A program made the position numbers and the translations under genes. This document shows, piece by piece, positions 1 through 14,957 of a stretch of DNA of 64,000 nucleotides (positions are counted from its first letter, which is position 1; each line of letters opens with the position of its first letter). This DNA is from Octopus sinensis. Its lineage: Eukaryota. The DNA is taken from positions 174,282,001 to 174,346,000 of the forward strand of contig NC_042999.1 of the NCBI RefSeq assembly GCF_006345805.1, read 5' to 3'. Under the pieces are notes generated by a model. That model was not told where the DNA came from, made no database searches, and saw only the letters and a program-made list of their open reading frames with translations.

Positions 1-18
1 ATTATTATTATTATTATT

Positions 19-465
19 CAGTAGTTTTATTTTTATAGCGTGCTTTCACTTCACTACCGAGCGCAGCTCTGTGTGCCTTGGGTATGTGCTAGTAGTTTTA
101 TTTTTATAGCGTGCTTTCACTTCACTACCGAGCGCAGCTCTGTGTGCCTTGGGTATGTGCTGTGATTTGTTGTGATGCTCTGATGGTTATTGCATGGAAA
201 GTGTTCTGCGTAGGATGTGTGCAGTGCCTAGTAGTGCAATTTTCTGTATGTTATATGTGTTTGTAAGTCCTGGTGTTTTTGTTATGTATTTGTCTGAATA
301 TTTTTTTATCATGCCTAATGCACCTACTATGATAGGAATTGTTTCTGTTTTCAGGTTCCACATTCTAGTTATCTCTATTTCCAGGTCTTTGTATTTTGAG
401 AGTTTCTCCATTTCTTTTAGAGACACGTTGTCATCTGCCGGTATTGATACATCAATTAGAAAGCA
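19..465 (-). mobile_element. R4/Dong-like RLE retrotransposon 3' fragments (a 72-bp 3'-end copy at 19-90 followed by a ~375-bp copy at 91-465)
   Basis: ORF 187-426 is the RLE C-terminus (EKLSKYKDLEIEITRMW...IPIIVGALG). The 3' UTR abuts (ATT)n, and the terminal ~70 bp is tandemly duplicated. Confidence 0.85.
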
Positions 466-488
466 ATTATTACTATTATTATTATTAA

Positions 489-570
<82 letters not shown>

Positions 571-573
<3 letters not shown>

Positions 574-1395
574 TAGTTTTATTATTTTTATAGCGTGCTT
601 TCACTTCACTACCGAGCGCAGCTCTGTGTGCCTTGGGTATGTGCTGTGATTTGTTGTGATGCTCTGATGGTTATTGTATGGAAAGTGTTCTGCCTAGGAT
701 GTGTGCAGCGCCTAGTAGTGCAATTTTCTGTATGTTATATGTGTTTGTAAGTCCTGGTGTTTTTGTTATGCATTTGTCTGAATATTTTTTTATCATGCCT
801 AATGCACCTACTATGATAGGAATTGTTTCTGTTTTCCGATTCCACATTCTAGTTACCTCTATTTCCAGGTCTTTGTATTTTGAGAGTTTCTCCATTTCTT
901 TTAGAGACACGTTGTCATCTGCCGGTATTGATACATCAATTAGAAAGCATTTTTTTTCTTCATGATCTCTGACAACTATATCTGGTCTGTTGGGCTTAAT
1001 TTCTCTATCTGTGTGTATCGGCATATCCCAGAGTATGGTTGCTTTCTCGTTTTCTGTGACCTTTTCTGGTGTGTGCCTATACCATCTTTTTTCTGTTGTT
1101 ATTCCATAATGTTGGCATAGCTTCCAATGTATGTAGGTTCCAACTCTGTCATGTCTGTGAATATATTCCTTCTTAGCTAGGACTGGGCAGCTAGAGATAA
1201 TATGATTTATTGTTTCTTGTCCATCTCCACATATTCTGCAGTTACTTGTAGTATTTCTTTTCATTACATGTTTTTGGTAATTTCTGGTGGGGAGGCTTTG
1301 GTCTTGTGCTGCAATTAAAAATCCCTCTGTTTCTGCTTTGAGTCCTGAGCTTCTCAACCATTGCTGGGATTTTTCTTTGTCTATTTCTTTTGCGT
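571..1395 (-). mobile_element. 5'-truncated R4/Dong-like non-LTR retrotransposon (CCHC knuckle + restriction-like endonuclease)
   Basis: ORF 671-1357 has CRICGDGQETINHIISSC (CCHC), RHD, NRPDIVV...LIDVSIP and EKLSKYKDL (PD-(D/E)xK RLE). Flanked by (ATT)n on both sides, the established Dong target. Confidence 0.9.
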
Positions 1396-1438
1396 TTAGT
1401 TTAGTCCAGTATTTAGTTTAGTCCAGTATTTAGTCCAG

Positions 1439-1503
<65 letters not shown>

Positions 1504-2058
1504 GAGTGAGAGAGCAGTGCATGCCATCAAAGTGACACTGGGGTAAAATATACGAAGCCCAATATACCCATCATGACTACCCGTCTGATAAAGGTACACC
1601 AGGCACATGCATCACAACCATATGTGCGCGACATGGTGATCTCATATCAAGATAAACAGCACATGACCTTGCAGGTAGGGCCCAGTTAGAATTTTCTTCA
1701 GGTTGAGTAGCCCATCCCGCTCAAAAGGTCCCTGAATAAGGGTTGTTTAAGGATGTTGAAAGAACCACCCATGTTTCCAGAGGTGAATTATTCAAACCCC
1801 AAAGAATCCATCTCAACACATGGCTATGATGCTCCCCCACTACTTCTGCTCGTGATCAGAGATGCACATATCGTCAGCCAGTAAGGGACATGCTCAACTG
1901 GTTAAGGTCAAACAACTGACAAGCAAATCTGTGGTATTGAGCAGAATATTTGCTGTAGCCCATCTTTTATACCAAGACAAAACAATGTACATGATAACAC
2001 TTCCAATCAGTTAAGATCAGAAGCCATGAGAGCCACTGCCTGGTACTGCATCAGGGCA
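1504..2058. repeat. Interspersed non-coding repeat (~555 bp) abutting an (ATT)n tract, probably a retroelement 3' UTR/SINE-like element
   Basis: Complex, ORF-free block that interrupts the Dong cluster and ends in (ATT)n. Resembles a common octopus repeat from recall; family not verified. Confidence 0.5.
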
Positions 2059-2063
2059 ATTAC

Positions 2064-2420
2064 AATGCACCTACTATGATAGGAATTGTTTCTGTTTTCC
2101 GATTCCACATTCTAGTTACCTCTATTTCCAGGTCTTTGTATTTTGAGAGTTTCTCCATTTCTTTTAGAGACACGTTGTCATCTGCCGGTATTGATACATC
2201 AATTAGAAAGCATTTTTTTTCTTCATGATCTCTGACAACTATATCTGATCTGTTGGGCTTAATTTCTCTATCTGTGTGTATCGGCATATCCCAGAGTATG
2301 GTTGCTTTCTCGTTTTCTGTGACCTTTTCTGGTGTGTGCCTATACCATCTTTTTTCTGTTGTTATTCCATAATGTTGGCATAGCTTCCAATGTATGTAGG
2401 TTCCAACTCTGTCATGTCTG
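2064..2420 (-). mobile_element. Internal fragment of the same Dong-like family (RLE region)
   Basis: Near-identical to the corresponding segment of the 571-1395 copy; ORF 2060-2287 MPIHTDREIKPNRSDIVV...IPIIVGAL. Lacks the 3' end. Confidence 0.88.
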
Positions 2421-2438
2421 AGGTGGTGGTGGTGGTGG

Positions 2439-2492
<54 letters not shown>

Positions 2493-2494
<2 letters not shown>

Positions 2495-3439
2495 GTTTGA
2501 CATTTGCTTTATATTTGTACAAGTTGGCTCCAAGTCTCACCCAGAGACCTCAAGAGACAACAAGTTGGAAGTTCACGTTGTTGTTATGCCTAGTGTGCCA
2601 TATATTTGGGGTTTTTTGGTGTTGTACTAGTGACTGTCTAATAAAAATAGATTGTTAGTTTTTAACCTTGAGATTACATAGAAAGTATTTTGTGTAGGAT
2701 ATGAGCATTTCCCATGAGCACTATCTTTTGAATTTCTGCCATTTTGGGGTTTCCTGGTATCTGAGTTAGGTAGCAATCAGCCCCTTTCGCTATCATTCCC
2801 AAGGCACCTATGACAACAGGTATTGTTTTAGTCTTCAGGTTCCACATTTTGCTGATTTCTATTTCAAGATCTTTATATTTGCTCAGTTTTTGGTAGGTCT
2901 TGACAGATACGTTTATATCGATTGGGACAGTCATATCAATGAGGAGGCATGTTCTTTGTCTGAAGTCTTTCAATATGATATCTGACCTATTTGCATCTAT
3001 CTTTCTGTCAGTTTGAATGGTGAAGTTCCAGAGGAGTGAGATGTGGTCATTTTCAAGCACTGGAGGTGATTTGTGTTCCCACCAGTTTTTTTTTTCATGG
3101 AGCAAATCCAGGTTTTGCAAATTACCCAGTGAATATATTGTGCAGCTCTATCATGCCTGTTGAGATACTCTGTAGGCGCTAGAAGACTGCACTTGGAGAC
3201 AACATGATCAATGGTTTCATTTTGTTGTTGACATACACGACATGTTGGGCTACTGCCGTTCTTTAATATGTTGGCCTGGTAGTTTCTTGTTGGTAGGTAT
3301 TGATCTTCAGCTGCTATGATAAATCCCTCTGTTTCAGATTTTAAGCCAGAGGCCATTAGCCATTGATGGGTCAGGGCTTTGTCAACATCTGCATTATTCG
3401 CTCTCTTTGGGTATTTGCCATAGAGAGGTTTTTCCTGCC
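2493..3439 (-). mobile_element. Second Dong/R4-like subfamily, 5'-truncated and frameshifted
   Basis: ORFs 2997-3356 (CRVCQQQNETIDHVVSKC, RHD) and 2674-3120 (NRSDIILKD...LIDMTVP...QKLSKYKDL). Different 3' UTR from the first subfamily; (ATT)n on both sides. Confidence 0.88.
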
Positions 3440-3470
<31 letters not shown>

Positions 3471-4179
3471 ATTATTATTTATTATTATTATTATTATTGC
3501 TGCTGCTGTTGTAGGCTAGGCTTCCCTGTGTTTTAAAGGAAATTAACAGATCTAGACATGTAATCAATCAAGAATCCACTACACCAAGATAACTGCATGT
3601 AAATTACATGCCATTTAATAAAAGTTCGACATTATATTATTCATTTCCATAATTTTACCCGCAGTGCGCATTTTAGTAGCAATAAAGATTCTTAATATAT
3701 CGGTGTATATATATATATATATATATATACACCAATAAATATGTATCAGTGTGTCCGTGGGTGTTTCTGTATCTTTGCATACAAGCAAAAATCGCTACTT
3801 CAAGTTTTGTGCCTTCTGTTAAAAGTATAAGAAAACTTAGCCATTCGATAACTAGAGAACAATAAAATATCCACAGAATGAAATAAGTATTGTGGTTCAC
3901 ATGAGATCAACAAAAAAACCCTCGAAGGCCGTATCCCATCATTATCGCAGTCGTATGACTGAAGCCGGTAACAAAGTTTTTAAAAAGAGTAAAAACGCCT
4001 AAATTGAAGCTGAGAGAAAAGATGACATTGCTGCTATCTGTAATAATACAAATAGAAAAGTGAGACTGACAGGTTTTCCTGTAAACAAGACTAAGTGCAT
4101 TACTTTGAAGGAAACATTACTTTATATTGACATATGTACATTATACTTCGGAATAAATGAGAAGGCTTAGAAATTTTTT

Positions 4180-5040
<861 letters not shown>

Positions 5041-5199
5041 CTTTTTTCTTTCTTTCTCTTTTGTCATAGCCGAAAGGCCTCGAGTAAATGGTAATACATT
5101 AGGACGTTGTGCATTGATAGCATCTTTTTAGGTAACACCGGGGCAATGTGAAATGTCTTTAACTAAGATTCCAGATGATGTAGCCATAATTGTATTATT

Positions 5200-5945
<746 letters not shown>

Positions 5946-6340
5946 AAAATATTCTATAATTATAAACATAATTATAATGAGGGGGCAGCTAATTGCTTCG
6001 CTACGCAACGAATTTAGAAATAGGAGTTAAAATGCCTTTTCTGCTACCATAAAGATCTCTCAGACAGCAACACTCTTTCTTACGTAGGCAAAAAGAAAAG
6101 ATAACGAATACACACGACTCAGATTAGCTACATACGCGTTTCGAGATTAAAGTAAAGTTATATTTACTTACTTCTTTCTCATTTCGGAATATAAATTTGA
6201 GGATGTTACATTAAATATGTACGCGATCAGGCGTCGTTGCATAACCGATATTCAACCAACACTTAATTAATTAATTGATTAATTAATTAATTTTACCCTT
6301 TTATTATTATACATATATATATATATCTATATATAATATA

Positions 6341-6381
<41 letters not shown>

Positions 6382-6754
6382 TATACACATGTATGTATAT
6401 ATATATATATATATATACACGCGCACATCTTTTATTCTTTTAATGATTTTAGTCATTTCATTGAGGGAATGGTATACATATGCGCACGCGCATTCTCTCA
6501 CATTATATATTATGTATATAATACATAAAAAATCTCATAACATCACCTATGGGATACGATCGCCAAATCTCCTATAAACCGAGTCTGCACAGCTGTGCTG
6601 AACATTACACCAAGGTAATATCCCTACTTTCATCGTAAAACTTAGGTAACTTAACTCATTAGGTTCTAACAGCATCATATCCTCGTTAGATAAATGTTTT
6701 CGATGACAGTCTAGTAAGCCAACCACGTAGTGTAGATTTATTGATAGATATGTC

Positions 6755-6828
<74 letters not shown>

Positions 6829-7003
6829 CATAATGACCCAACAAAATGCACATAAACAAATACACAAACACACACACATAAGCACTTATTTATGTATATA
6901 TATATATATATTTGTATGTGTGTATATATATATATACATATATACACCACACACACACCATACACACCCACACACACGCACGCACACACACATATATATA
7001 TAT

Positions 7004-7066
<63 letters not shown>

Positions 7067-7284
7067 TCATAACGTGTGTGTGTTTACGTGTGTATCGTGG
7101 CTATAGTTATCAGTATTCAAATCGTGTCTTAAGTCTTTTGATCTTAGTTAAATGTCTAGATGCCGCCTTTTGACTGAGAAGAGAGTAACATTTATAAATC
7201 CTTAAAACTTTTTCTGAAATTCTGTAATAGCAAAATTATAGGCTGTATCCCGAAATTAATGATCACACTTCGCAATTCCTGTCG

Positions 7285-7620
7285 TGGCACTCCGTCGGTT
7301 ACGACGAAGAGGGTTCTAGTTGATCCGATCAACGGCTCCACGGATACGTGTACCCTTAACGTAGTTCTCGGGGAGAGTCGGCGTGATACAGAGTGTGACA
7401 AGGCTGGCTCTTTGTAAATACAGGTATAACAGAAATGGGAAGAAAGAATGAAAGAAAGTTGTGGTGAAAGAGTACTGCAAGGTTTGCCACCACCCCCTGC
7501 CGGAGCCTCGTGGAGCTTTGGATGTTTTCACTCAATAAACTTTCACAACGTCCGGTCTGGGAATCGAAACCACCATCCTACGACCGCGAGTCCGTTGCCT
7601 TAACCACTGGGCCATTGCCC
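7285..7620 (-). mobile_element. tRNA-derived SINE (minus strand)
   Basis: Minus strand begins GGGCAATGGCCCAGTGGTTAAGGC...GGTTTCGATTCCCAGACC (Pol III A and B boxes), followed by ~260 bp of body. Confidence 0.7.
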
Positions 7621-7693
7621 GCGGGCATACAGCGTAGTGGTTAAGAGCGCGGGCTACTAACCTCAAGATTCCGAGTTCGATTCCAGGCAGTGA

Positions 7694-7775
<82 letters not shown>
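7621..7775 (+). mobile_element. Minimal tRNA-derived SINE: ~78-bp tRNA-like head plus (AAT)n tail
   Basis: GCGGGCATACAGCGTAGTGGTTAAGAGCG (A box)...GAGTTCGATTCC (B box) GGCAGTGACCTG then (AAT)n. The acceptor stem is not intact, so it is not a functional tRNA. Confidence 0.7.
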
Positions 7776-7776
<1 letters not shown>

Positions 7777-8261
7777 GTCACAGAAAACGAGAAAGCAACC
7801 ATACTCTGGGATATGCCGATACACACAGATAGAGAAATTAAGCCCAACAGACCAATATAGTTGTCAGAAGATCAATGAAGAAAAAAATGCTTTCTAATTG
7901 ATGTATCAATACCGGCAGATGACAACGTGTCTCTAAAAGAAATGGAGAAACTCTCAAAATACAAAGACCTGGAAATAGAGGTAACCAGAATGTGGAATCT
8001 AAAAACAGAAACAATTCCTATCATAGTAGGTGCTTTAGGCATGATAAAAAAATATTCAGACAAATACTAACAAAAACACCAGGACTTACAAACACTTATA
8101 ACATACAGAAAATTGCACTACTAGGCGCTGCACACATCCTACGCAGAACACTTTCCATGCAATAACCATCAAGCATCACAACAAATCACAGCACATACCC
8201 AAGGCCACAGAGCTGCGCTCGGTAGTGAAGTGAAAGCACGCTATAAAAATAAAAACTACTG
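7777..8261 (+). mobile_element. Dong-like 3' fragment, plus strand, frameshifted
   Basis: Reverse-complement match to the corresponding part of the 571-1395 copy, including the 3' UTR ending AAAACTACTG. (AAT)n tracts on both sides. Confidence 0.88.
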
Positions 8262-8262
8262 A

Positions 8263-8297
<35 letters not shown>

Positions 8298-8374
8298 TAA
8301 TAATAATAATAAGATAATAATAATAATAAAATAATAATAATAAGAATATAAAAATAATAATAATAATAATAATA

Positions 8375-8412
<38 letters not shown>

Positions 8413-8413
8413 T

Positions 8414-8537
8414 ACACCTGTTGAAGGCTGGAGAGTAATCAGCCGAAACGTTGTGTTAACAACAAACAAGATGAGGACAAATATCCATCAAATCTTAATA
8501 ATGTACATGATTCCTCATCTCTTAAATATAGAACTGA
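8414..8537 (+). mobile_element. Penelope-like terminal repeat fragment with minimal hammerhead-like motif
   Basis: ACAC-CTGTTGA-A-GGCTG(9 nt)CAGCC-GAAAC-GTT-GTGT architecture. PLE termini are known to carry minimal type I hammerheads. Confidence 0.55.
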
Positions 8538-11500
8538 ACAGCATTGGATGTTCCAATTGTAATTTGATGCTTAACCACAGAGGAATACTTAACCATCAGA
8601 GGAACACGCTATTGCATTATGTTACAGAGATCAAATGTCATTTGATCGTCGTTTCAAAAGTATGACAAATTCTATTTGACATAGTTCAGTTTGCTTTGCT
8701 ACTGCTTAATGGTAGAAAGCTATCTGAGATTACCTAAGGAAAAGAGCATCTTATCCAAAAGGAAAATTTGTATCTCAGTTGATTAACTTTGTTGTTCTGT
8801 TGTATCTGCTCTATTTCTACATTCATGTTTTTTTTCCTGTTTCTGTCCAACAGCTATAACTACTGCATTGTCGTTTTTACTCTTTTACTTCATTTAAAAT
8901 ATTCTTCTTAGTTTGAATTCATTTTCTCAATACCTGTTTACTATTTTGGTTTCGTTGCTCTTTTATCCATATTTTCTTCTGTTTTTCCTCTTCTTTTCTT
9001 TGACTTTTCTCTCGTGGCTAAGCTAAATACTTTAAATCTATTTTGAAGACGGGCCTTTTCTAAGATGTATATTTTTAGTTTGTTCTTTTAGAATAAGAAC
9101 GATAAAAGACCTAAAGAACATTTTGTATAATATACTTTTTTTTAATGCTTTTGCTTAATTCCACCTACTTTGGGATTTATTTTTGTCTATCTAAATGTAT
9201 AACCACCCAACATTATTCCCGTTTCAATTCTTCTAACTCGTCTTAAGTTCAGGGTCCAACGCTAAAATGAGAGATTAGCGTGTTTCAGCAAATTAGCGGC
9301 ATTACTCCAGCCTCAGAGGTTTTGCTAAAGAGCCAGCAAGACAAATATAGTATTTCATTCAATGTGCGTGTACATGTAAACATGACTATATAAGTATGTA
9401 TGCGTGCATTTTGTGATCGTCTGTTTGGGTTGCGTTAATGCGTGTGCTGAAAATTGTTATTCTTAATCACGTGAATTGGATTTTGAAGCTATCGTGTTGC
9501 TTTGTCAGTCTTTTTTTTTTAGATTTTTTTATAATTACGTTATCTGTAATTCTTTTCAATGTTTATTTTTTTATATATTTATTCTTTATTTTCCTTGTTT
9601 CTCTCTTTTAAGCTTTCTTTCCATCAATTATTTTTTTCTCGTCAAAACAACAAAAATAGCGAAAATGCCGTCACATTTACCTGTTCTTGTTTGTGACAAA
9701 ACTATACACCACTTAAATATGTTTGTAGGTTATCTTTCTCTCTTAAGACTTTCGATAAAGACAGGACTGGTTTCAAATAAGGTAACAAAACACAAACGCT
9801 GTCATTTAGATAACACAACAGTAAAGAGTTACAGACTGAATTTTATATTAGTCTTGCATATTTTCACTATTCCACTTAGATACTGAATTTCCAAGGTGCA
9901 TGTTAGCAAGTAACTTTTTTTGCTTGAAACTCCAGCTTTTCATGTAGAGTGTCATAACCAAATGCAGCAGTGATTATGGGTACAAATGTAAATTTATATC
10001 AGAAAAGCTGTAGATTTCGAAGCTGTTGTTTATAAATATTCTTTTTCTTGCTAATTTTAAGGTAAAGTTTTACATTTGTGGGGTCACTTACTTCTATAAC
10101 ACTACATATTTTCTTTACTGTCCAAACAGCTATATCAGTTCTGTTGTGTTTCTTTTTTTTGCGTCGTGTGTTTTTAATGGTGGAGTCCGTGTGGTATTTT
10201 TTGTGTCTAAACGTATACATGTACCTAATGTTATAAACGTCTTCTGTATTTTCAATCAGGTCGTCATTCTTATGATTGACATGGTATATTGTTTTAGCAA
10301 TGATATGATAGCTCATCGGAATGTAGTACATTAATACCATTCTCGGATAGTAGCTGATTACCGCCACAAATATGTGATATCTTCTACCCTTCATCATAAC
10401 ATGCATTCTAGTACCGTTTGATCATGAATAAGTGACAAGTAATTCTACAAAGAAGGCAAAACATCCTATCTCTATTAGAAGAGAATTATTCCAATCGACT
10501 CCTGTCTATTCTACACGGTGTTAATACTTTTAATAAATATATTAAACCAAATTAGAAACGCAAGAGACAGTTTCAGGAGCAAGCTTCATCGACCATAATC
10601 CCTGCTATTACATGACAAAAACATTTCACACACCTATGCACATAGTCAACATTGTACAACTCAGCCTAGATAATCATAAAAGACACACACGGAGAAATAA
10701 CCACATTAATTGTCTTATTGACCGCAAGCACTGAGCTGCATTGCACACCACCAATCATAAGTGCACAGGAATAGCATCCCTTGCATATGACCAAGCCCAC
10801 CTTGCCTCCCTCCACTGTGGCTCCACCTACAATGCAAGTTGTACATAGCGGAGGATAAACAACTAGACATTGCCTGAAGCAGTTAACAGATTTATTAGAG
10901 GAACTGATATGAATTTCCGGTTTAAAAATTCGCCAAGGCAAGTTTGAAGAGAGAAAAATTAATTAAAAACGCTAATGTTAAAGAAATTGAGATAAGAGAA
11001 TTATAGCAAACACAGACTTACAACACTTAAGAATTAATGAACTAGACAGAGTACTTCACACACTAATGAAAGAAAAGGTCACAAGAGAATATAATAGACA
11101 TTGCATTAAACATTAAAATGGTGCTAAATGTAAAACTTAACGTAATAGGCATCAATACTCCGGCTATCCCAGCAATATGTTATAATTACAATATTCTCAA
11201 TTGTACAATAAGTAAAGTCGTAAAACTACACTGCGAAACTAAAAAATATTTTTACAATATACCATCCAATGTTTATAGATTATATTTAGCACGAATACAG
11301 AAATATAGGGTTTCACTGCAACTAGAAAACTTATAAAATATCCACTGTAGAAGTACAAAACTTTATAGTGGAGAATAAAGATAGACAAATAGAAATAGTA
11401 ACAAACAAATAAGAGTATTCCATGTTTCAGGATACCTACAAATATAAAGCAGGAAACAAAGGAAATCAATAACAAATGTGTGAAAAGGCTAAAATTTAAG

Positions 11501-12084
11501 TTTAAAATGCAGTTAGTATGCCATGCTATAATGATTTGAAGAGAAATATTCATGGCCAATTACCTGAAGAAAGTAAACTTCGGTGAAATAGATGAATATA
11601 TATTTCAGCATTCGATGAAAGGTGTAAGATTGGAAGCTGTACAGATCCAAAGCCGCCTCACTCGAAACCGTCAAACGCTTTTAATAACACAAAATATATT
11701 CATTAACTGCAAATTATGTGGATAATGAGAATAAATAACTAACCATATTATTTTTGGCTGTCCAGTATTAGCCTAAAGAGTATACATACACAATACACAC
11801 GCAAACACACACACACACACACGCATACACACACACAAACACACACACACACAAACACACACACATTTGTGTGTATGTGTATCTATGCCTATACATAGAT
11901 ACACGCACATACATGTGTGTGTGAGTGTGTATGTGTGTGTATGTGTGTCTATTTGTCTGTCTGTCTGTCTGTCTGCCTCTGTGTGAGTGCATTACAGAGT
12001 GAGGGGTTTCATGCACTGGCAATTATGCTATCCCTAAAAGATATCATCAGAAAAGAGATAATATAAACATGCGTGAGAAAAAGT

Positions 12085-12250
12085 CCCTAGAGAAAAATAA
12101 AACAATCACAGACTTGGATCTTAGATATCTCAATCTAAAAAGAGAGATCTGAGTTATATTGTTGCCAACTACCTGCAAGAAAGTACGTGTCAAAGTACGA
12201 TAATGCATCTCTAAAAGAAATTAAGAAATTATCTGAATTATGTAAATGTT
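12085..12250 (+). pseudogene. Highly decayed RLE (Dong-like) fragment
   Basis: SKYDNASLKEIKKLSELCK resembles PADDNVSLKEMEKLSKYK; upstream DNA loosely matches the ILWD...NRPDIVV region. Confidence 0.45.
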
Positions 12251-12419
12251 TTCGGTCGCTTTCCATGTTGACTGTTCAGTTGTTCGATTTGCTTCATGGC
12301 CTACTCACGGAATTAACGTGTGGAGTGGCTGAGTATTCTGAGTATCCTACAAATGCGTGTAACTTTAACGTAATTCTCAAGAGGATTGGTGCACTAATAA
12401 GCAAGACTGTTAAATTGGC

Positions 12420-12813
12420 TTCAAAGTTTGGAACAAGGCCACCAATTTCAGGGGAAGTATAAGTCAATTACACCAGCCCCAGTGTTCAACTGGTACTTAT
12501 TTTATCGACCCCGAAAGGATAAAAAGTAAAGTCAACCTCTATGAAATTTGAACTCAAACCATAACGATGGGCGAAATGCTTATTTCTTTACTACCCACAA
12601 GGGGCTAAACACAGAGAGGACAAACAAGCACAGACAAACGGACCAAGTCGATTACATCGACCCCAGTGCGCAACTGGTACTAAATTTATCGACCCCGAAA
12701 GGATGAAAGGCAAAGTCGACCTCGGCGGAATTTGAACTCAGAACGTAACGGCAGACGAAATACCCCTAAGCATTTCGCCCGGCGTGCTAACGTTTCTGCT
12801 AGCTCGCCGCCTT
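12420..12813 (-). mobile_element. tRNA-derived SINE dimer with GCCTTTCATCCTTTCGGGGTCGATAAA core (MetaSINE-like central domain, from recall)
   Basis: Minus strand TAAGGCGGCGAGCTAGCAGAAACGTTAGC...GAGTTCAAATTCC head, core, tail, then a second head-truncated unit. Confidence 0.85.
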
Positions 12814-13236
12814 ACAATGCTATTTAATTACATGTACAAGACATCTGTCAGTCTTTCAAACAGGTCCCATCTACCCTGTTTTCTTTAAGGCTTGAGTCAC
12901 CCTAGGTTATGGTATTAGACACTTGCCCAAGATGGCACACAATGGGGCCGAAACTAGGGCTGCAGCCATACAGCGTCTACGTATTACATACAATAGAAAA
13001 CGCAAATGGTTTCCTCCATCGCACCTTGTGTGCCTTTGATGGGGTACACTGTGTTGCAAGCATTTGGGCCAGGTTTACGGACTAAAGATATTACCCCCAC
13101 TCCTACTTTCTCCGGCTAGTCTCAGAGGCCTTGGGAAAAGTAATGGGCTCTGCCCTTCACCCCTCTGACTAATCCATCAAAAAAATACAGAGCTTAATTT
13201 TGCACTCAAAGTGCATAATATAATTAAAGCTATTGA

Positions 13237-13260
13237 TTAATGATGATAATAATAATAATA

Positions 13261-13301
<41 letters not shown>

Positions 13302-13411
13302 TAATAATAATAATAATAAAATAATAATAATAAATAATAATAATAATAATAATAATAATATAATAAAAATAATAATAATAATAATAATAATAAATAATAA
13401 TAATAATAATA

Positions 13412-13446
<35 letters not shown>
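13237..13446. repeat. Imperfect (AAT)n microsatellite
   Basis: Directly visible. Confidence 0.95.
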
Positions 13447-13454
<8 letters not shown>

Positions 13455-13767
13455 TAGGGAAAGCAGAGCAATTAAATAGATGAGAGGAGTTGATGGATAT
13501 TAAAGAAGCTGTAGCAACACTAGAAGCTGTTACAATTGTTGTAATTGATCGATACGTTCGCCTCTCGATGACACTTAGCCATTGCATCCACAATATGGAG
13601 TAATGATAATATATAAAGATATCGACTATATCGTAAACGTAAACAACAGGAAAATATATTGATTTCTATGTATCTCTATGTGTGCGTATCTATGTGTTTT
13701 TATATACACATATATAAATTTATGTGTATACATCTACAAATACATATAGTGTGCGTGTGCATGTGTG

Positions 13768-13806
<39 letters not shown>

Positions 13807-14209
13807 TGATCGATAGAAAGATAGATAGACAGATAGATTTGATATATAAAAGATATATATATGTAACTGGGTGTGTGTATGAGTGTGTCTGTATGTGTGT
13901 GTGTGTAGCTGTAAGCGTGCATCTGTGTGCATGCATGTGTGCGTGCATACATGGATATGCTAAACGTTTGTGTGTACGTTTGTATAAACAATCTAATCTC
14001 GCGCCATAACATGAGAAAACTTATATATTTGTCAATACATATGCGTGTGTGTGTGATGGTAAGTAAACAGAGGGAAATGAAGGATAGTGTCAGAGTTATG
14101 CACATGTATGTTTTCAATTAAGTATCAAAGATAAGATAACGTCCATATTTTCCGTGTGGTGAAAGGGCACCTGTGTGTTGTGTTCATGTTCAGTAAGAAT
14201 GGCGATATA

Positions 14210-14232
14210 TACACTTATACAAATACATATAC

Positions 14233-14310
<78 letters not shown>

Positions 14311-14352
14311 TGTGTGTGGTGTGTGTGGTGTCTCTGTGTGTGTATGTGTGTA

Positions 14353-14403
<51 letters not shown>

Positions 14404-14571
14404 CGTATATATAAATCTATGTGTGTGTGTATATATATATATATATATACACACATACATGTATTTATATTATGTATTATATACAGTATATACATGTGTG
14501 TATATATATAGATATATATGCATGCATATATATAGTCATATATATAGATCTGTGTGTGTGTGTGTGTGTGT

Positions 14572-14623
<52 letters not shown>

Positions 14624-14635
14624 TGTGTGTGTGTG
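14210..14635. repeat. Compound (TA)n/(TG)n microsatellite
   Basis: Directly visible. Confidence 0.95.
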
Positions 14636-14898
14636 TAAAGATCAGTACGATGGAAACCTGGGAATAAACGGGAAGACAAACAATACTGAAAATTGGAAAT
14701 ATGACAGATAGAGTTACAGAAATATATGGAAAGAAAAGAAAACGGAAAACGAAGAACGTGTAATTTTCTAAACAGAAGGCTGAATATTTTGATATGTTCC
14801 TTGGTCACAGATACTCTACGTAGGTGAGTGGATATTGCATGAGACAACCAGCTGAAAGGTCGCCTGTTCATATCCTACAACCTGCACTGCTTCGTGTG

Positions 14899-14957
<59 letters not shown>

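Noticed and set aside
1396-1441. Short spaced direct repeats (also 20630-20700 and 39345-39678) superficially like CRISPR arrays
   Set aside because: No unique spacers of constant length, no cas genes, and a eukaryotic context; ordinary slippage repeats.
6125-6195. Minus-strand GAAACGCGTA with a long upstream hairpin, hammerhead-like
   Set aside because: No CUGANGA-like core or convincing stem I; at best a PLE-end relic.
7621-7697. Possible tRNA gene
   Set aside because: A and B boxes are present but there is no paired acceptor stem, and it is followed by an (AAT)n tail; treated as a SINE head.
10666-10941. 91-aa Cys-rich minus-strand ORF with an acceptor-like TTCAG at ~10872
   Set aside because: No recognisable domain or linked upstream exon. 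GGKVGLVICK...INVVIS could equally be a decayed LINE endonuclease (GVGxLI...NVIS). Needs RNA-seq or tBLASTn.
14776-14823. 48-bp candidate exon with AG/GTGAGT sites (similar isolated sites at 28142, 29724, 42852 and 11567)
   Set aside because: Most frames contain stops and no consistent multi-exon reading frame could be built; splice-like motifs are expected by chance in 64 kb.
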